Assembly (NCBI RefSeq): GCF_018977255.1
Contig: NW_024704742.1
Span: 131,690,001-131,754,000, forward strand
DNA from: Callorhinchus milii
Taxonomy: Eukaryota
DNA length: 64,000 bases
Direction: 5' to 3'
Below, one piece after another: positions 1 through 13,094 of this stretch. Made by a program: the position numbers and the translations under genes. The notes beneath the pieces were generated by a model. The model did not search any database and had not been told where the DNA came from. It was given only the letters and a program-made list of their open reading frames with translations. Each line of letters opens with the position of its first letter. Position 1 is the stretch's first letter.

Positions 1-660
1 CACCTCCACTTGGCTGGTTCCAGTCCCCTGCATGTCCCCCGTCCCCTTTGGTGGCTGTGCTTTCAGCCACTATGACACTGTTTCTCACCGCAGGCCGCCG
101 AGACCCTCATCCATGCATTCATCACATCAAGGCTCGACTACACAAACTCGCTGCTTGTTGACCTCCCCAACTCCTCCCTCCACAGGCTGCAGATCATCCA
201 GAACTCTGCAGCCCTTGTCCTCTCCTGCACCAGGCTCCACGACCCTATCACCTTCATCCTTGCCTAACTCCACTGGCTTCCCATCACACAGAGGATACAG
301 TTCAAGATACTGGTCCTCACCTTCAAAGCCCTCCAAGGCCTTGCTCCTCCCTACCACCGTGACTTCCTAACGTCCTACCAACCTGTCTGCTTCCTTTGGT
401 GGGCGGGTCTTCAGCCTCTCTACCCACACCTTCTGCAACTTCATCCCACTGTCCCTCCACCTCACCATCTCCCCTTCCTCCTTCAAGATCTGTCTCAAGA
501 CCCTCCTCTTTGACCGTGCCTTCAGTCACTCTCCTAATCCTACCCTCCCTGCCCCCCACCCCTCCTAATCCCAATCTCCAGATCAGGTGACTGTCCAGGG
601 CCTTGTGATGTCCTCCTGACATGAAATGTACTGTACAAATGTAATTTGTTGTTGTTGTTG
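1..660 (+). mobile_element. L2 LINE 3' fragment (ORF2 C-terminus plus tail), decayed
   Basis: Frameshifted L2 C-terminal motifs (HAFIT-SRLDY, LHRLQIIQNSAA, LHWLPI..RIQFKILVLTFKAL), ending in ...TACAAATGTAATTTGTTGTTGTTG; homologous to 7785-8672 and 29868-30615. Confidence 0.9.
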
Positions 661-950
661 TCTATTTCGTCTGCACACTAAATGGAGGAGGCCAGGCTGT
701 CAGAGCTGGAAGTGTACAATAACAACAATAACAACTTGTGTTTATAGAACGCCATTCATATGGGTAGCGTCTTTGAGTGTTGAACAATTGCGTAGCTTGG
801 CGCCGAGCTAGGGAGAAAGGGGAGGTGACCACAGGCACGGTCAAAGTGGAAAGCCTGTTGGGTCTGAAGACGAGCAAAGAGGGGACAATTCTGGGAATGT
901 ACTATGTGACTCACATTTGTCAACAAAACAACAGCAACTTTGATTTCTAT

Positions 951-1400
951 GTGGAGTCCTGTAGAGAAGTGGTTAGTGTGCTCGCCTTGCAAGCGAGAGG
1001 ACTCAGGTTTGAATCCGGGAGTGTCAAAACATCAGGCAGGTTTCTTTAATCCACACGCCTCTATTTACTTAGCAGTAGGAACACGGTTGTTAGTCAATTG
1101 GTAGATCACTTTCTGATGGCAATAATCCTTTAAACATAAACAAACAAACAAACAAACAAATAAATAAATAAATAAATAAGTAGATAAATAGGCAAATAGA
1201 TAAATAAACAAATAAACAAATAAATAAATAAAATTGGGTCACTCAATCCACGACTATTTGAGAGACTATTTGAGCTGTGCGCAATTGGCTGCTGTGTTTC
1301 ACCCACTAATCCACTTTAGAGTATATTTTGTGAAGCGCTTTGAGATGTCTCAACAACGTGATAAGGTGCTATATCAAATGCAAAGATTATTATTATTATA
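951..1400 (+). mobile_element. tRNA-Ala-derived SINE, long subfamily, full length
   Basis: Head GGAGTCCTGTAG..GTGGTTAG..CTCGC-CTTGCAA-GCGAG..B box; family body; (ATT)n tail; internal (AAAC/AAAT)n expansion at 1137-1233. Confidence 0.9.
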
Positions 1401-2519
1401 GTGCTCTTCACGCAGGATGGTGCCTCTGAGCAGCGAGATCCTGCCAGTACCAGGACGATACTTTTGAGCAGGACCCTTCCATCTGAATGCTCCTGAGAGA
1501 CGCAACTCTTTCTGTCACGAGAAAACTAAAGGCACCACAGGACCAAGCAAACAGGAAGCATACGAGAAATCATCCAGGTGCAATTAATTCGATCAGGCAA
1601 AGGAAGCCTTGTGTTGTTGCCAGCAAAGCTCCCCCCACCCCAAAAAATATATATTTTTGCAAACCTTGGTTGCGCTGAGCAAAGAGGAAATGTTGTTTAA
1701 TTTCATATTATTTCGCACACAAAATGCACAATCAATCCGCTTTAAAATATATTCTGTGAAGCGCTTTGAGATGTCTCAACAACGTGATAAGGCTCTATAT
1801 CAAATGTAATGATTATTATTGTTATTACTATTATTATTATACTTCTCACTGTTGCCTACATGAAACCAATACATAGGCAGTTCAATATTTCTAACTTTTC
1901 TTCCTGTGTATCCGATATGAAATAATAATCCGTGAATTTGATACAGTGTCGTATTACATCTTTGAGATGTCTCAAAGCGCTTCGCAGAATACACTGTAAA
2001 GTAAATTGACTATATTTAAATGAGGCACTAGGTGCAAACAAAAGTGAAAGATAAATGAGAACATTTTTTACATCCCACTCTCCCCCCCCCCCACACTCAC
2101 ACACAAAAAAATATGAAACTTCAGAGGAAAATATTACTCGTGTAGCGAAAATGCATTCAGGGTAACTTTTTTTTTAAAAAAATGATAAAAAATTAATCCG
2201 TTGCAAATCTTCAAAGTCATTTCGCCCAGGTGGAACGCGGAAAGCAAGCCCTATCTCTGCTCCAGCAAGAGCAGTCTGCAGACTCACTAAAACTCCACAG
2301 GCTTTTAGAGATATTAAAGTTGTAAGAAGGAAGCCCCTAGATACTTCCATCAGATATTTTCTTGCTCATATCAAATGACATGCACACATTTGTAGCCCTG
2401 AGCACTCCATAACTTTGTGCCTTTCAGTCTGTTTCATTAAGTGTACTTTATTTGTTGTTTCCTAAAACAAATCCTTGGCGCGGTGAGAAGTGCAAGGGGC
2501 GCTTTCACACTTTAGCTGC

Positions 2520-2810
2520 AGCTGGATTTGTCCAGCGGAGCTTCAGGAAGCGGAATTGATTGCGATTTCGGCACATTCCAAACTTCCAGCTGTTTTCTCA
2601 ATCAATTCTCCAATAAGTTGCTCGACATTGATTGAAACTGAACTCTGCCGCCGAGACCCTGAGGCTACCCGAATGCAGCTCATCCCAAGTTTCCATCTGC
2701 TTGCCGATTCCCGAAATCCAGCCAAACTTACGGATCACCAGCAAGCTTCAAGGAACGCAGCGAGTGAGTTAAACAGAGGTTGATGTAAGATCTTATGCTT
2801 TATGTTTGTG
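2520..2810 (+). mobile_element. Possible hAT (Charlie/Buster-type) transposase C-terminal dimerisation-domain remnant
   Basis: ORF 2490-2783 reads ELQEAELIAISAHSKL..F..S..IETE..A.RMQLIP..L..S..LT..SRN, then frameshifted EVDVR. The spacing resembles the recalled E.ELI.LS.D..LK..F...A...LLPF.TTYLCESGFS.L..IK.K.RN.L.VE.DLR pattern, but key residues are degenerate. Confidence 0.4.
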
Positions 2811-2956
2811 AAAAAATCATAACGCTTTACATTTTATGGCTGGCATCTTTGTTACACTTCTGTAATGTGATACCTTTTCAGGTGATTGATCTCTGTTAGA
2901 TATGGTAGGTTACTTCTGGGTTCAAATAAAAACCTATAGTGAAGTCTGATTTATAG

Positions 2957-3590
2957 TAATAATAATCCTTGCATTTGAAATAGAACCCTAGCACGTTGTC
3001 GAGATGCTTCAAAGGGCTTCAAGGGAATTAAAGAATGGATTTTGCAGCAGCCAATTTGTGCACAGAAACCTTCTACAAACAGCCATGAAGTTAGTGACTG
3101 ATTTTATCTGGGGGATTGTTGTCCAGAATATCGGGAGAAACTCCTTGTACTTTTTGAATAGTGTTGTGGGATTTTTAACATCCACCTGAACAAGCAGACA
3201 GGATCTTGGTTTAACATCTCATCCGAAGAACAACACCTCCAACAATGCAGTGCTCCCTCCAGCATTGTATTGGAGTATCACCCTAGGATTGTGAGCTCAA
3301 AGTCCTGATAATAATAATAACAATAATAATCCTTGCATTTGATATAGCGCTTTTCACGTCGGGAGGACGTCCCAAAACGCTTCACAGAACACACTGTAAA
3401 GTGAATTGACTGTATATTTGTGGGCGAACGCGGCAGCCAATTGTGCACAGCAATGTCCCACAAACAGTCGTAGATTGAAAATGACCAATTTATTATTGTT
3501 TTTGGTTTTTTGGAGGGATTATTATGATGTGGAGCTTGAACCCATAACTTTCTGACTCACAGGTGAGACTGCTAATTGAGTGAGCCAGGT
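2957..3590 (-). mobile_element. Deu-domain (SacSINE1-like) SINE interrupted by a truncated short Ala-SINE (3309-3525)
   Basis: Reverse complement carries a tRNA-like head, the core GGAGGTG..TTCGGATGAGATGTTAAACC..CAGGTGGATGTTAAAAATCCCA and the shared tail. Confidence 0.8.
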
Positions 3591-5799
3591 AGGCATTTGA
3601 CAGTTTGTAAACAATTGCGTTATTTCTTAATGGGATTCCTCAAAATGGGATCCAAGACATGCAAACGTAGATTTTGTAAAGAAGTTAGTTAATAATAAAA
3701 TAATCCTTGCATTTGATACAGCACCTTATCATGTCTTCAAGACGTCTCAAAGCGCTTCACAGAATATACTGTAAAATGAATTGAGTGTATATTTTGTGGG
3801 CGAAACAAGTTGGATGTTGAGTAAGACTTACTCCTCAATCCCAGGAGTGTATTCCTGCACCTCTTCAGAGGATTCTGAGGGTGTTCTTGAGATTCTGGGG
3901 TAGTTCATATGCTGCATTTTGGAGGGTATTTTATGGGGAAGGGGGAAAACAGCAAGGAACTGGGAACAAAAGATCGTCCATGATGTACTGAACTGGCAGA
4001 ATAGTTATCATGGTCTCCTCCCGTTCTTCTCTAACACAGTTCCTAGATCATTAGAAGTGAAATTGCGATGTCCAAAATTCCATCAAGGTGAACATTTTGT
4101 CTTAAAAACTTTGTCTTAGGAAATCGTGGCAAATTTCCACATTCAGTCTGGATTAAATTTGGTCTGAATTTCAGCGCATCAAAACACTACGCTGCGTGAA
4201 TGCTGCTATATAAATGCAAGTTATTGCCGAAGTTGCTGTGGAATTCAACTTTTTAAGAACTGTGGTAAACCGTCTTCAATACAATACAAAATTACATTTG
4301 TTATAGCACCTTTCAGGTTGGGAGGATTTTCCAAGGCAAAGAGTCAGGAATTTGGACTGTCTTGCATGTTTAAGGCAGAATTTACGAATTTTCCATAATC
4401 ATCCACCAGGTTACATTTTAAAACAAAATGGATTTATAGAGAAAGATTAGCTGCTATTTTGTAAGCTAGAATTCGCACCTTCGAATCCTACCAGTAACTT
4501 GATATGCTTTATATTGGTTTGCAAATAAAGTTAGTTTGAAGTACTTGATGCCTTTATAAATTGGCCAAAATCCAGGTTGCATTTAGATGAAAAGTGCTGA
4601 AGGGTTTGAAGACATGGACTGCGTAAAAATAGTCTTGGATCCAATTAAGGCCTGAAGCATACCATGAGGACCATTTAATAACCCTCGATCACGACTAGTG
4701 TGTTATTTCGAATGCCTGCCCAGGAGTACTTTCCTTTTTTGGTGTGTCCAAATTTCCACTCGGTTTTTTAATGTGAGTCAATCAGTCAGTAATGTGATCC
4801 TTGCATAATGTACAAAGGGCAACCCAAGGTTACAGAAGGTGGGAGGGGCAATATTTCCACTAGAAAAAAACAATAATAATAATTTAATGATTTAGTCACT
4901 CTATCCACGACTGTTTGTGGGACACTGCTGTGCGCAATTGGCTGCTGCGTTTCGCCCACAGAATATACAGTTAATTCACTTTAAAGTATATTCTGTGAAG
5001 CATTTTTACAATGTCTTGTTGACACGATAAGGAACTATATCAAATGCAAAGATTATTATTATAAATCCATAATCCTGGGAGAAGAATTATAAATTAAGTT
5101 GTGGCCAAATAGCACTCTGCTGTGTTCCATCCTGTTCCAAAGAGGCAAATCCTGCAATTTAATGATCCCTTGTGCTCTCCTCCCAAGCAATGGACCAATA
5201 TTCAGATTAGTAACTTTCGCCAAGTCTTTGGAAATCAACACTTCCAATTACTTTATGCCCTCGAGGGCCCATGTAAAGGATAAGCTAGAATATTGGACAT
5301 AAAAATATCTCTGGAAATAAGCACTGTTTCTGATTAAGTCCAAACTGTTTCATATTCATAACTATTAATTATCTCCAAAATGGTCTGAAATGATCCCAGC
5401 AGATTTGGCAGAAAAAGGAGATTATTGGCTGTTTACAGGGAGTGAGGATATCTGCGTATTGGATGCACAGGCTCAAACAAGAAACAATAAGAGCTGGTAG
5501 AGGGGTCATTCCTACCTCGGTCCATGTTTCAGTGCAAAATAAGAGATTGGTGTGCACTGAATCGGGGATGAAGATGTCTTGAAAAGTACCTACATGTTTA
5601 GTCCTAATTCTCTCTAATCAGGCAGTGTTAGCTTGGCTCAGTGGTAGCCCTCTCACCTTTGAGTCAGAAGGTTTACAGGTTGAAGCCTCTGTTCTGACAA
5701 TGAGTTCACAGTCCTGAGTGATGTTCAGGGATTTCATTGCATTGTTGGAGGCGCGATCTTTGAATGAGACACTAAATCTGCTCTGGTACTGAAAGAAGT

Positions 5800-6220
5800 G
5801 TGTCAGCCTGGCTTAGGTGGTTGGTAGGTCTCTCACTTCTGATCAGAAAGTTGTAGGTTCAAGCTTCATATTAGGACTTTGAGATCACATGGTCTAAGCT
5901 GAGACTGCAATGCAGCGATGGGGTAAGTTTCATTGTTGGACGTGCCATCCTTCAGATGAGATGTTAAACCGAGGTCCCATCTGCATTTTTCAATTGACAT
6001 TATAGATCTATGGCGCTAAGAATGGGAAAGTATTTTCTCCTGGTGTCCTGGGCAAGAATTTCCCCAAATAAAATAGGTCATTCACTTTGTGGCTGTTTGT
6101 GGAACATTGCTGCGTGCAATTTGGCTGATGCATTCGTTCACAAAAATACAGTAACTGCACTTTGCAGTATGTCCTCTGAAAAATCCCCAGATGGGAAAGG
6201 TGCTACATCATTATTCTTTA
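5800..6220 (+). mobile_element. Deu-domain SINE, near full length (partial copy at 5625-5780 just upstream)
   Basis: TGTCAGCCTGGCTTAG head, GGTTCAAG B box, core CCATCCTTCAGATGAGATGTTAAACCGAGGTCCC, GGTGTCCTGG, shared tail. Confidence 0.85.
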
Positions 6221-7249
6221 TTTTTAGGTTGAGTGTAGACTACAGCAGAAGCTCTATTGTTTCAGAACATCCTAGCACATAGAGAGTGATTAAAATGTTT
6301 TGTAACAGGTCACTTGGGTCAATAAAGTGTATGCTGGTGTTCTTCTAAACATAGTACATCTAATTTCACTCTCCTGTTAGCTCCCAGTGCTCTATAATAA
6401 TCCATCCTGGAGTCCTTCTGACTTGCCCTCCCTCTCCATTTTTAACACCTGTCTTTGAACTTACCTTATCTTCTCTCCAACCTTAAGCACTCCAGGGCAC
6501 TACCTCATGTGAAGAGCGCTATATAAATGCAAGTTGTTGTTATTCAGTCATCCCCTCCCCTGACTCGAGTGCCCAGCCAGCAGTGTAAAGTACTTTGAGT
6601 CTTTCTCCCGACATTGAAGGCGTTTTGTAAATCTAAATTGAGTTATAATTGTATGCAACTATCATGTAAAAGCTGATCTGATGGTATTGGTGCTAAATAC
6701 TGACCAGGGAATATCCCCTGATGTACAAGTGATCTGAATAAAATAAAATCTATGTGACATTCATTACTGAGTGATCAATAGCACAATAGTTATTTGGACA
6801 GTTCTCAGTCCTAGTTATTGAGATAAAATAATATTGATCTGGTTGACTTAAGAATAGAGATTGGATGATCGTTCTGGCATATCAGTCTTACAAAGGTAAT
6901 TTAAATGGAGAATTAAATTAAAAAATTGCGATATTCCTTCCTCAATTTGTTCCTTGTCTTAATTGCCACAAGGAATGTGCTAAGGAACAAAGTAAATTTC
7001 TTCCTATATTAGGATTAGTATGACCTCTTCCTCACCCACCCTGTAATTGGCACCCTGATCATGGCCTCTGATACACTCAGCTGATCTCTAGCTGTTAGTT
7101 GCCTGATATAATAATATCACCTAGGATAAAGTTGGCTTCTGATCTAGCAAATGGTAATCCTGATTCTAACTCCATCTAAAGGACTGTAGACATTGGAATT
7201 CCTCTACCAATGGTGGTAGGCTTTATGCGGAGATAAAGCCAGCATTTAT

Positions 7250-7660
7250 AATAATAATAATCCTATAATATTCCTTGCATTTGGTGTAGCACCTGTCACG
7301 TTAGGAGAACGTCTCAAAATGCTCTACTGTGAAGTGGAGTGATTGATTGTGTATTTGTCGGTGAATGTGGCAGCCCATTTAGGCACAGCAATGTCCCACG
7401 AACAGCCATGAAGTGAATCAACAATTTTATCTGGATGATGTTGGCCAGGCTACTCGAAGAAACTCTCTTCTCTTTTTTGAAAACAACAACAACAACAGGA
7501 TTACATTTGTATAGCGCCTTTTACGTCGGGAGGACGTCCCAATAGTAGCATGGGTTCTTTAACATCCACTGGAATGGGCAAACAGGACCTCAGTTTAACA
7601 TTCCATCTGAAGTATGGCATCTCCGACAATGCAACACCTCCCTCAGCAATGGGTGAGTGT
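7250..7660 (-). mobile_element. Deu-domain SINE carrying a ~60-bp L2 tail insertion (7482-7541)
   Basis: Core and tail on the minus strand; GGGACGTCCTCCCGACGTAAAAGGCGCTATACAAATGTAATCCTGTTGTTG sits between CTACTATT and TCAAAAAAGAGAAG. Confidence 0.8.
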
Positions 7661-7784
7661 GTCACCAGCTGAGACTTGATGGATGACACCTTTACAATGG
7701 ATGACTACATCGTTTCCACCTATAAACAGAGGATCTTATTGGTTAGTATTGGTTCATATGCTCGTGCTACATGACTGCACAGAT

Positions 7785-8672
7785 AACAACAATAACAACA
7801 AAATTACATTTATAGAGTGTCTTTCATGTTGGGAAGATGTCCCAAGGCGCTGGACAGTCAGGGGTCAGTACCCGAGCATAGGGTAGGGGTGGGGTAGGAG
7901 TGAGAGAAGGCAGAGAGGTGGTAGGGTGACTGAAGGCACGATCAAAGAGGAACGTCTTGAGACTGGCCTTGAAGGAGGCAAGGGAGGAAGCGAGGCGAAG
8001 GGACTGTGGGATGGAGTTCCAGAGTATGGGGGCAGAGAGGCTGAAAGTCTGGCTACCAATGGTAGGGAGGGTTGGGCAGGAGACATGGAGCAGGCCGGAG
8101 CCCACTGAATGGAGGGAGTGAGCAGGTTGGTTGGGAGTCAGCAGGTCAGAGAGGTAGGAGGGGGCAAAGGCCATGATGGATGGCCTTGAAAGTGAGGATG
8201 AGGATCTTGAAATCGATCCTCTGAGGGATGGGGAGCCAGTGGAGTCAGATGAGATTGGGAGTGATGGGGTCATGGAGCCTGGTGTGCAGGAGTACACGAG
8301 CTGCAGAGTTTTGGATGATCTGCAGCTTGTGAAGGGCAGAGTTGGGAAGGCCAATGAGGAGGGAATTCCTGTAATCGAGCCTTGATGTGACAAATGCATG
8401 GGTGAGGGTTTTGGCAGCCTGAGGGGTGAGGCAGTGGTGGAGTCTGGCGATGTGGTTGTAGGCAATGCCGGTCACGGCGCAGATGTGGGGGAGAAAGAAC
8501 AGTTCAGGGTCAAACAAGACACCAAGGTTCCTGACTGGCTTAGTGAGGTTGAGTGTGCAGTGGTGGAGGCTGATGCTGCCAGCGCCCGAGGTGCGGAGGC
8601 ACTGATGCGAGCCAATCAGGAGGGCCTCGGTCTTGCTGACGTTCAGTTGGAGAATGTTGTTCCTCTCCCAAG
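7785..8672 (-). mobile_element. L2 LINE 3' ~900 bp, 5'-truncated
   Basis: LQLNVSKTEALLIG, VRNLGVLFD, HAFVTSRLDYRNSLLIGLP, LQIIQNSAARVL; (GTT)n-like tail at 7785-7800. Confidence 0.92.
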
Positions 8673-8679
8673 ATAAGTG

Positions 8680-8990
8680 TTGATAATGTGATAACAAAAT
8701 GGAAAAGTATCAGAAAAGGAGTGAGACAAGGATGTGTGAGGCCACTCGATCTTTTCAATGAATAGCTTGAATTCATTATAAGAAACGACCTGAAGACTAG
8801 CTTTAAAATCGATGAAAAATTAATCAACAAACTCAACGACGCAGCACTGATTATTGGGACAAACAAGACATTACACAAGATACTCAAGATGATAAATACG
8901 ACAGGTTTAGAATATGGATTAAAAATAAATGCTAAGAATACAAAGTCAATGGTAACCATGTCTAAAGGTCACTTCCAAATAATTGACCTC
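8680..8990 (+). mobile_element. RTE-clade LINE reverse transcriptase fragment, decayed
   Basis: Manual translation KGVRQGCVRPLDLFNE*LEFII...INKL-NDAALI...GLEYGLKINAKNTKSMV matches the GVRQGC.LSP.LFN / (YA)DD / GLKIN..KTK.M motifs. Confidence 0.8.
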
Positions 8991-9454
8991 AGGACAAGCA
9001 ATAGAAAGTTGGAGATTTGGGGGAACATTTGTCAGTGTGCATTATTGGCTGCCACTTTCTCCCACTCAACACACAGTCACTCCACGTTACACTATAACCC
9101 GTGAAATGCTTTAGGCATCCTCCTGACTGAAAGGCACTACTGTATCACCAAATGTAAGGATTATTATTAGAGACTAGCAGGGATATGGATGAACGGGAAA
9201 ATGTTCATAGGGAGTTGTGTACAGTGTACATTGCCATCCTCTAGGGTGAATAAGACAGGTAACAAACAGGTAAGTGATGTGATAGTGAACTGTGAGCCCC
9301 TTATTGAATCATAAAATAAGAAAACGTTTGTAAGACTGAAGGACGCTGTTCAGCCCATCATTTTCTGTACTGGTACGAGCTCCCTTTACTGTAGCTTTCT
9401 ACTCCTGCTTTGGACACTCACGCAGAGTGAGTGCATCTATTTAATATTGTAAGT

Positions 9455-9735
9455 TAGAGAGAAAATGGGGACATTTTAGGAAGATTTCTTTTACACCCAA
9501 AAGGTAATCAGAATATGAATGATTTTTCTGAGGTGACTGTTGGAGCATAAATGATTGGGATGTCTAAATAAAAGCGAATTAGATAAGCACATGCGGAGGA
9601 AGAGCATTAGAGGATACGAGAAAAGAGCAGGGAGTTGAGATTAGAATAAATGTCTTCTTTGGAGGAGCAAAGACCAACATTAATAAAATGGGTCGAAAGG
9701 ACTCCTACTGTGTCATAGATTTCCATGGTTCTGTA
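9455..9735 (+). mobile_element. CR1 LINE 3' fragment
   Basis: RK.FFTQKVI..WN-type terminus followed by a CR1-like 3' UTR (ATGGGTCGAAGGACTCCTACTGTG..TTCCATGGTTCT). Confidence 0.65.
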
Positions 9736-10199
9736 GTGATGTGAAAAGCTTCACTCCCACACTAACATGCTGTTTTGCCTGGGTGACTGATGATTGCTAT
9801 CCCCTTTGCTTAATCTTGTTATGTTTTGATCTGTGCTTGAGAAATTCCAGTGCATTTTTCACAGAACATTTCTTTCCAACTCAATTTTTTGTTTCAATGT
9901 AATATAATTCCTCTCTCTCCACTCCCTCCCTCCCAATTAGTATTTCCAGCCTCAAGTTTGCAAATAACACATTTCCAACCTTATCATTGCTGCAAATCTC
10001 TAATTCAATTGAGGACCACAATAGCTGATCTACATCTGGCCTATGACTTACTGTAGCTATATATATATATGTGTGGAATTGTAGTCTGGTCTCACTGCTG
10101 GAGTTGTGCCTTCTGGGCAGCAGGCCATCTAACTTGTTTGCCTTAATACTCTTTGTAAGGTTTCAGTCAAATTAGCTCCCTCCCGACGTTCTGGCGAAT

Positions 10200-10520
10200 C
10201 GCTTTCCTGGGGTAATAATCCCTTAAATTATTTTTTGAAGTTTCCTTACTCCACACACCTCTGTTTAGCTAGCAGTAAATAGGAACCCGGCTGTTGGACG
10301 ATTGGCAGGCAGATCGCTTTTCTACTTTATAATAAATATATATAAATATAAATAAACAAACAAACAAGCAACCGAACAATTTGGTCACTCGGATACTGCT
10401 GCCACGTTTTTGCCCACAAAATATAGTCAATTCACTTTACAGTATATTCTGTGAAGCGCTTTAGATGTCACAAAGATGTGATAAGTCGTTATATGAAATG
10501 CAATGATTATTATTATTATC
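10200..10520 (+). mobile_element. Ala-SINE long subfamily, headless or rearranged
   Basis: Body AAGTTTCCTTACTCCACACACCTCTGTTT..., A-rich linker and (ATT)n tail. Confidence 0.8.
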
Positions 10521-11068
10521 TACAGTATTCTCTAACTAACTTTTGTGGCAAATTGCAGACAATTCGCAATTTTTTTGATTTATTATGAAAGCACCTGATC
10601 CACTCTTATCAAAATCTCCTTGGTCAAAATGTTGTTTTGTTCAAAAAGCGTTCTGCTTTCCAAGCCAAGATTCTGAATTCTCAATCTGTTCTGGACCAGA
10701 GCTGATAATGCTTGTCAGAATCGCTGGCTGGAAATTTAATGGGACCATTTCTATAGTTTCCTAACCCATTTGCTGTGTGTTAATTAGCACAAGAAACAAA
10801 AGCACATTTACTCATGTTAGTTAACTGGTTGACTGTTTAAGTAACTTATTTAACAACACTTTCCTGTATTTGGTGCTATGTTCTTGGTTAACTCTGTCTG
10901 GTTGATATATGTGATCCAAAGGATAAACTGTTGTGGCAATGATTAAAACAATGTGCTCTGTAGATTGACAAACTCTTTAGAAATTGGGCCCTTAATATAC
11001 CTTCGCATCTTAATGTCATGTATCCTGGCCAACAACACCCTCAAATTAAATAGGTCATTCACTTCTTA

Positions 11069-11432
11069 ATAATAATAATCCTTGCATTTGATATAGCGCC
11101 TTATCACGTCTTCGAGATGTCTTAAAGTGATTCACAATGTCTACTATAAAGTGAATTGACTGTATATTTTGTGGATGAAACACAGCAGCCAATTGTACAC
11201 AGCAGTGTCCCACAAACAGTCATGGATTGAGTGGCCAAATTTTTTCTTGAAGGGATTTTTAACTCCGGAAAGCAATTCGCCAATCGACTAACAGCCGGGT
11301 TCCTACTTACTGCTATGTAAACAGAGGTATGTGAAAAAAGGAAACTTGCCTAATGTTTCGCCTTGCTCACGAACCAAATCCAGGTCCTCTTTCTTGCGAG
11401 GCGAATGCTTCAACCAATATGCTACAGGAATC
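11069..11432 (-). mobile_element. Ala-SINE long subfamily, full length
   Basis: Tail at 11069, tRNA head ending near 11432, anticodon loop CTCGCAA. Confidence 0.85.
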
Positions 11433-12134
11433 TTGGCTGTTTCTAGGATACTGCTGTGCCCTTGTGGACTGCTGCATCCAGCCAGTGTCATCTACACTTT
11501 ACTGTAAATCCTGCCATGAGACATCTCGACGACATGATAAGGCACTATATCAAATGCAAGAGTTAGAATGTTTACTGTGGTGTTACAGTTCACGCCAGCA
11601 TGCTTGAAATGAACAGATAGATTAATTTACAGGATTGTAGCATCTTCCTGACAGCCAGCTTGATGACGGAGACTATTATTTTATCACCTCATTTTCTGTC
11701 GGTTAACGTTTTAAATTGATTAATTCATTTGAAACAAACATCTGTTTTGATATGTTGAGAGTGACAAAGCCATGTTGTTACACACAGGAGCTGTATGAAC
11801 AAACAAAATCAACCCACAAATCTGCTGCAGCATCAATGCATTTTCTGTCACCATCGCTTCAGATTGAACGCCCGTTGTGCTCTGTGCACTTTACAATTAC
11901 AGCATTGGGTTTACAGAATGCCATATAGAAAGGAAGGCAAGCTGTTCTGCTCTGTACTAATGATAATTTTGCTGTTCTCAAGAATATAATATAATAATAA
12001 TTCGTGCTTTTGGACTTTGAAGGCTCAGTGTTCCCTGCCCATCCATCCACCTGTTGGTCTGTCTGTCTGTCCGTCCCACCATGACCAGACCAACCTCCCT
12101 CCGTCCTTTGTAAGCTTTGCGGTATTAGCTTGTA

Positions 12135-12368
12135 AGTCACCAGGAGCATCCACATACTCATTCTGGGCTCCCCAAGCCTTGGCTCTTGCCAATTTGCACC
12201 TAATATGCTCTTATTTTAGGTTAACAGGGTACGCTCCTCTGGGGACAATGTGTATTCCGTTCCAATTCACAGGACTTTCCATGTGTAGGTGGGATGAATG
12301 GAACTCCCAGTTTGGTTTAGATACTCCTAAGTATCGTGATGGCTTTCCACATGTGTCAGACACCCTCC
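12135..12368. repeat. Unclassified interspersed repeat, copy 1 of 4
   Basis: CCCCAAGCCTTGGCTCTTGCCAATTTGCACCTAATA...GTTTAGATACTC...TGTCAGACACCC, homologous to 16005-16080, 39222-39400 and 61420-61656. Confidence 0.7.
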
Positions 12369-12642
12369 CCACTTTCAAACCAACCCGTGCCTCCGGTGAC
12401 TGTGTATTTTGTGCGTGAATCTCGGGAGATGTTCATAGCTTTGGGGCTGAGCGAGATTTCATTTAGCTCTTGGGTAAGATGCTAAGTTGTTTACAAGTAA
12501 CCAGTTTAGCGGAATGTTGGGCGAGCCGATGCCCGTGTTATGTGGAACCTACTTGATGTGAAGATCATGTACCCTTTGAGTGCCAGAGCAATTCACACTT
12601 AGGTGATGTGTAACTGATGCACATGCACTTGGGTAGAGGGTT

Positions 12643-13020
12643 ATAATAATAATATAATAATAATCCTTGCATTTGATATAGCGCCTTATCACGTCTTTGA
12701 GACGTCTCAAAGCGCTTCACAGAATATGCTGTAAAGTAAATTGACTATATATTTTGTGGTCAAAACGCAGCAGCCAATTGCACACAAGAGTGTCCCACAA
12801 ACAGTTGAGGATTGAGTGACCAAATTATTATTATTACTTTTTGAAGGGATTATTACACCCGGAAAGCAATCCGCCAATCAATTTACAACCTGGTTCCCAC
12901 TTACTCCTGGGTAAACAGAGGCATTTGGAGTAAAAAAACTTGCCTAAGGTTTTGCCCTGCTCAGGAATTGAACCCGGGTAATCTCGCATGAGAGGCGAGT
13001 GCTCTACCCAAAACACTACA
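12643..13020 (-). mobile_element. Ala-SINE long subfamily, near full length
   Basis: Complete tail, body and tRNA head on the minus strand. Confidence 0.9.
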
Positions 13021-13094
13021 TAACTCAATAAGGAGATATGGAACTCTCTCCCCTAGAGAACTGTAGAGGTGAAAATCAATAGGAACGTTTAGAT

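Noticed and set aside
7824..8465. Long Ser/Pro-rich ORFs (also 29894-30493, 32-370, 39574-40110, 47598-48074)
   Set aside because: Alternative or frameshifted frames of C-rich L2 sequence or microsatellite, not host genes.
10594..10701. Minus-strand frame ALVQNRLRIQNLGLESRTLFEQNNILTKEILIRVDQ ending at CAG/GTGCTT
   Set aside because: Weak acceptor; the better upstream acceptor gives stops in all three frames; peptide not recognised.
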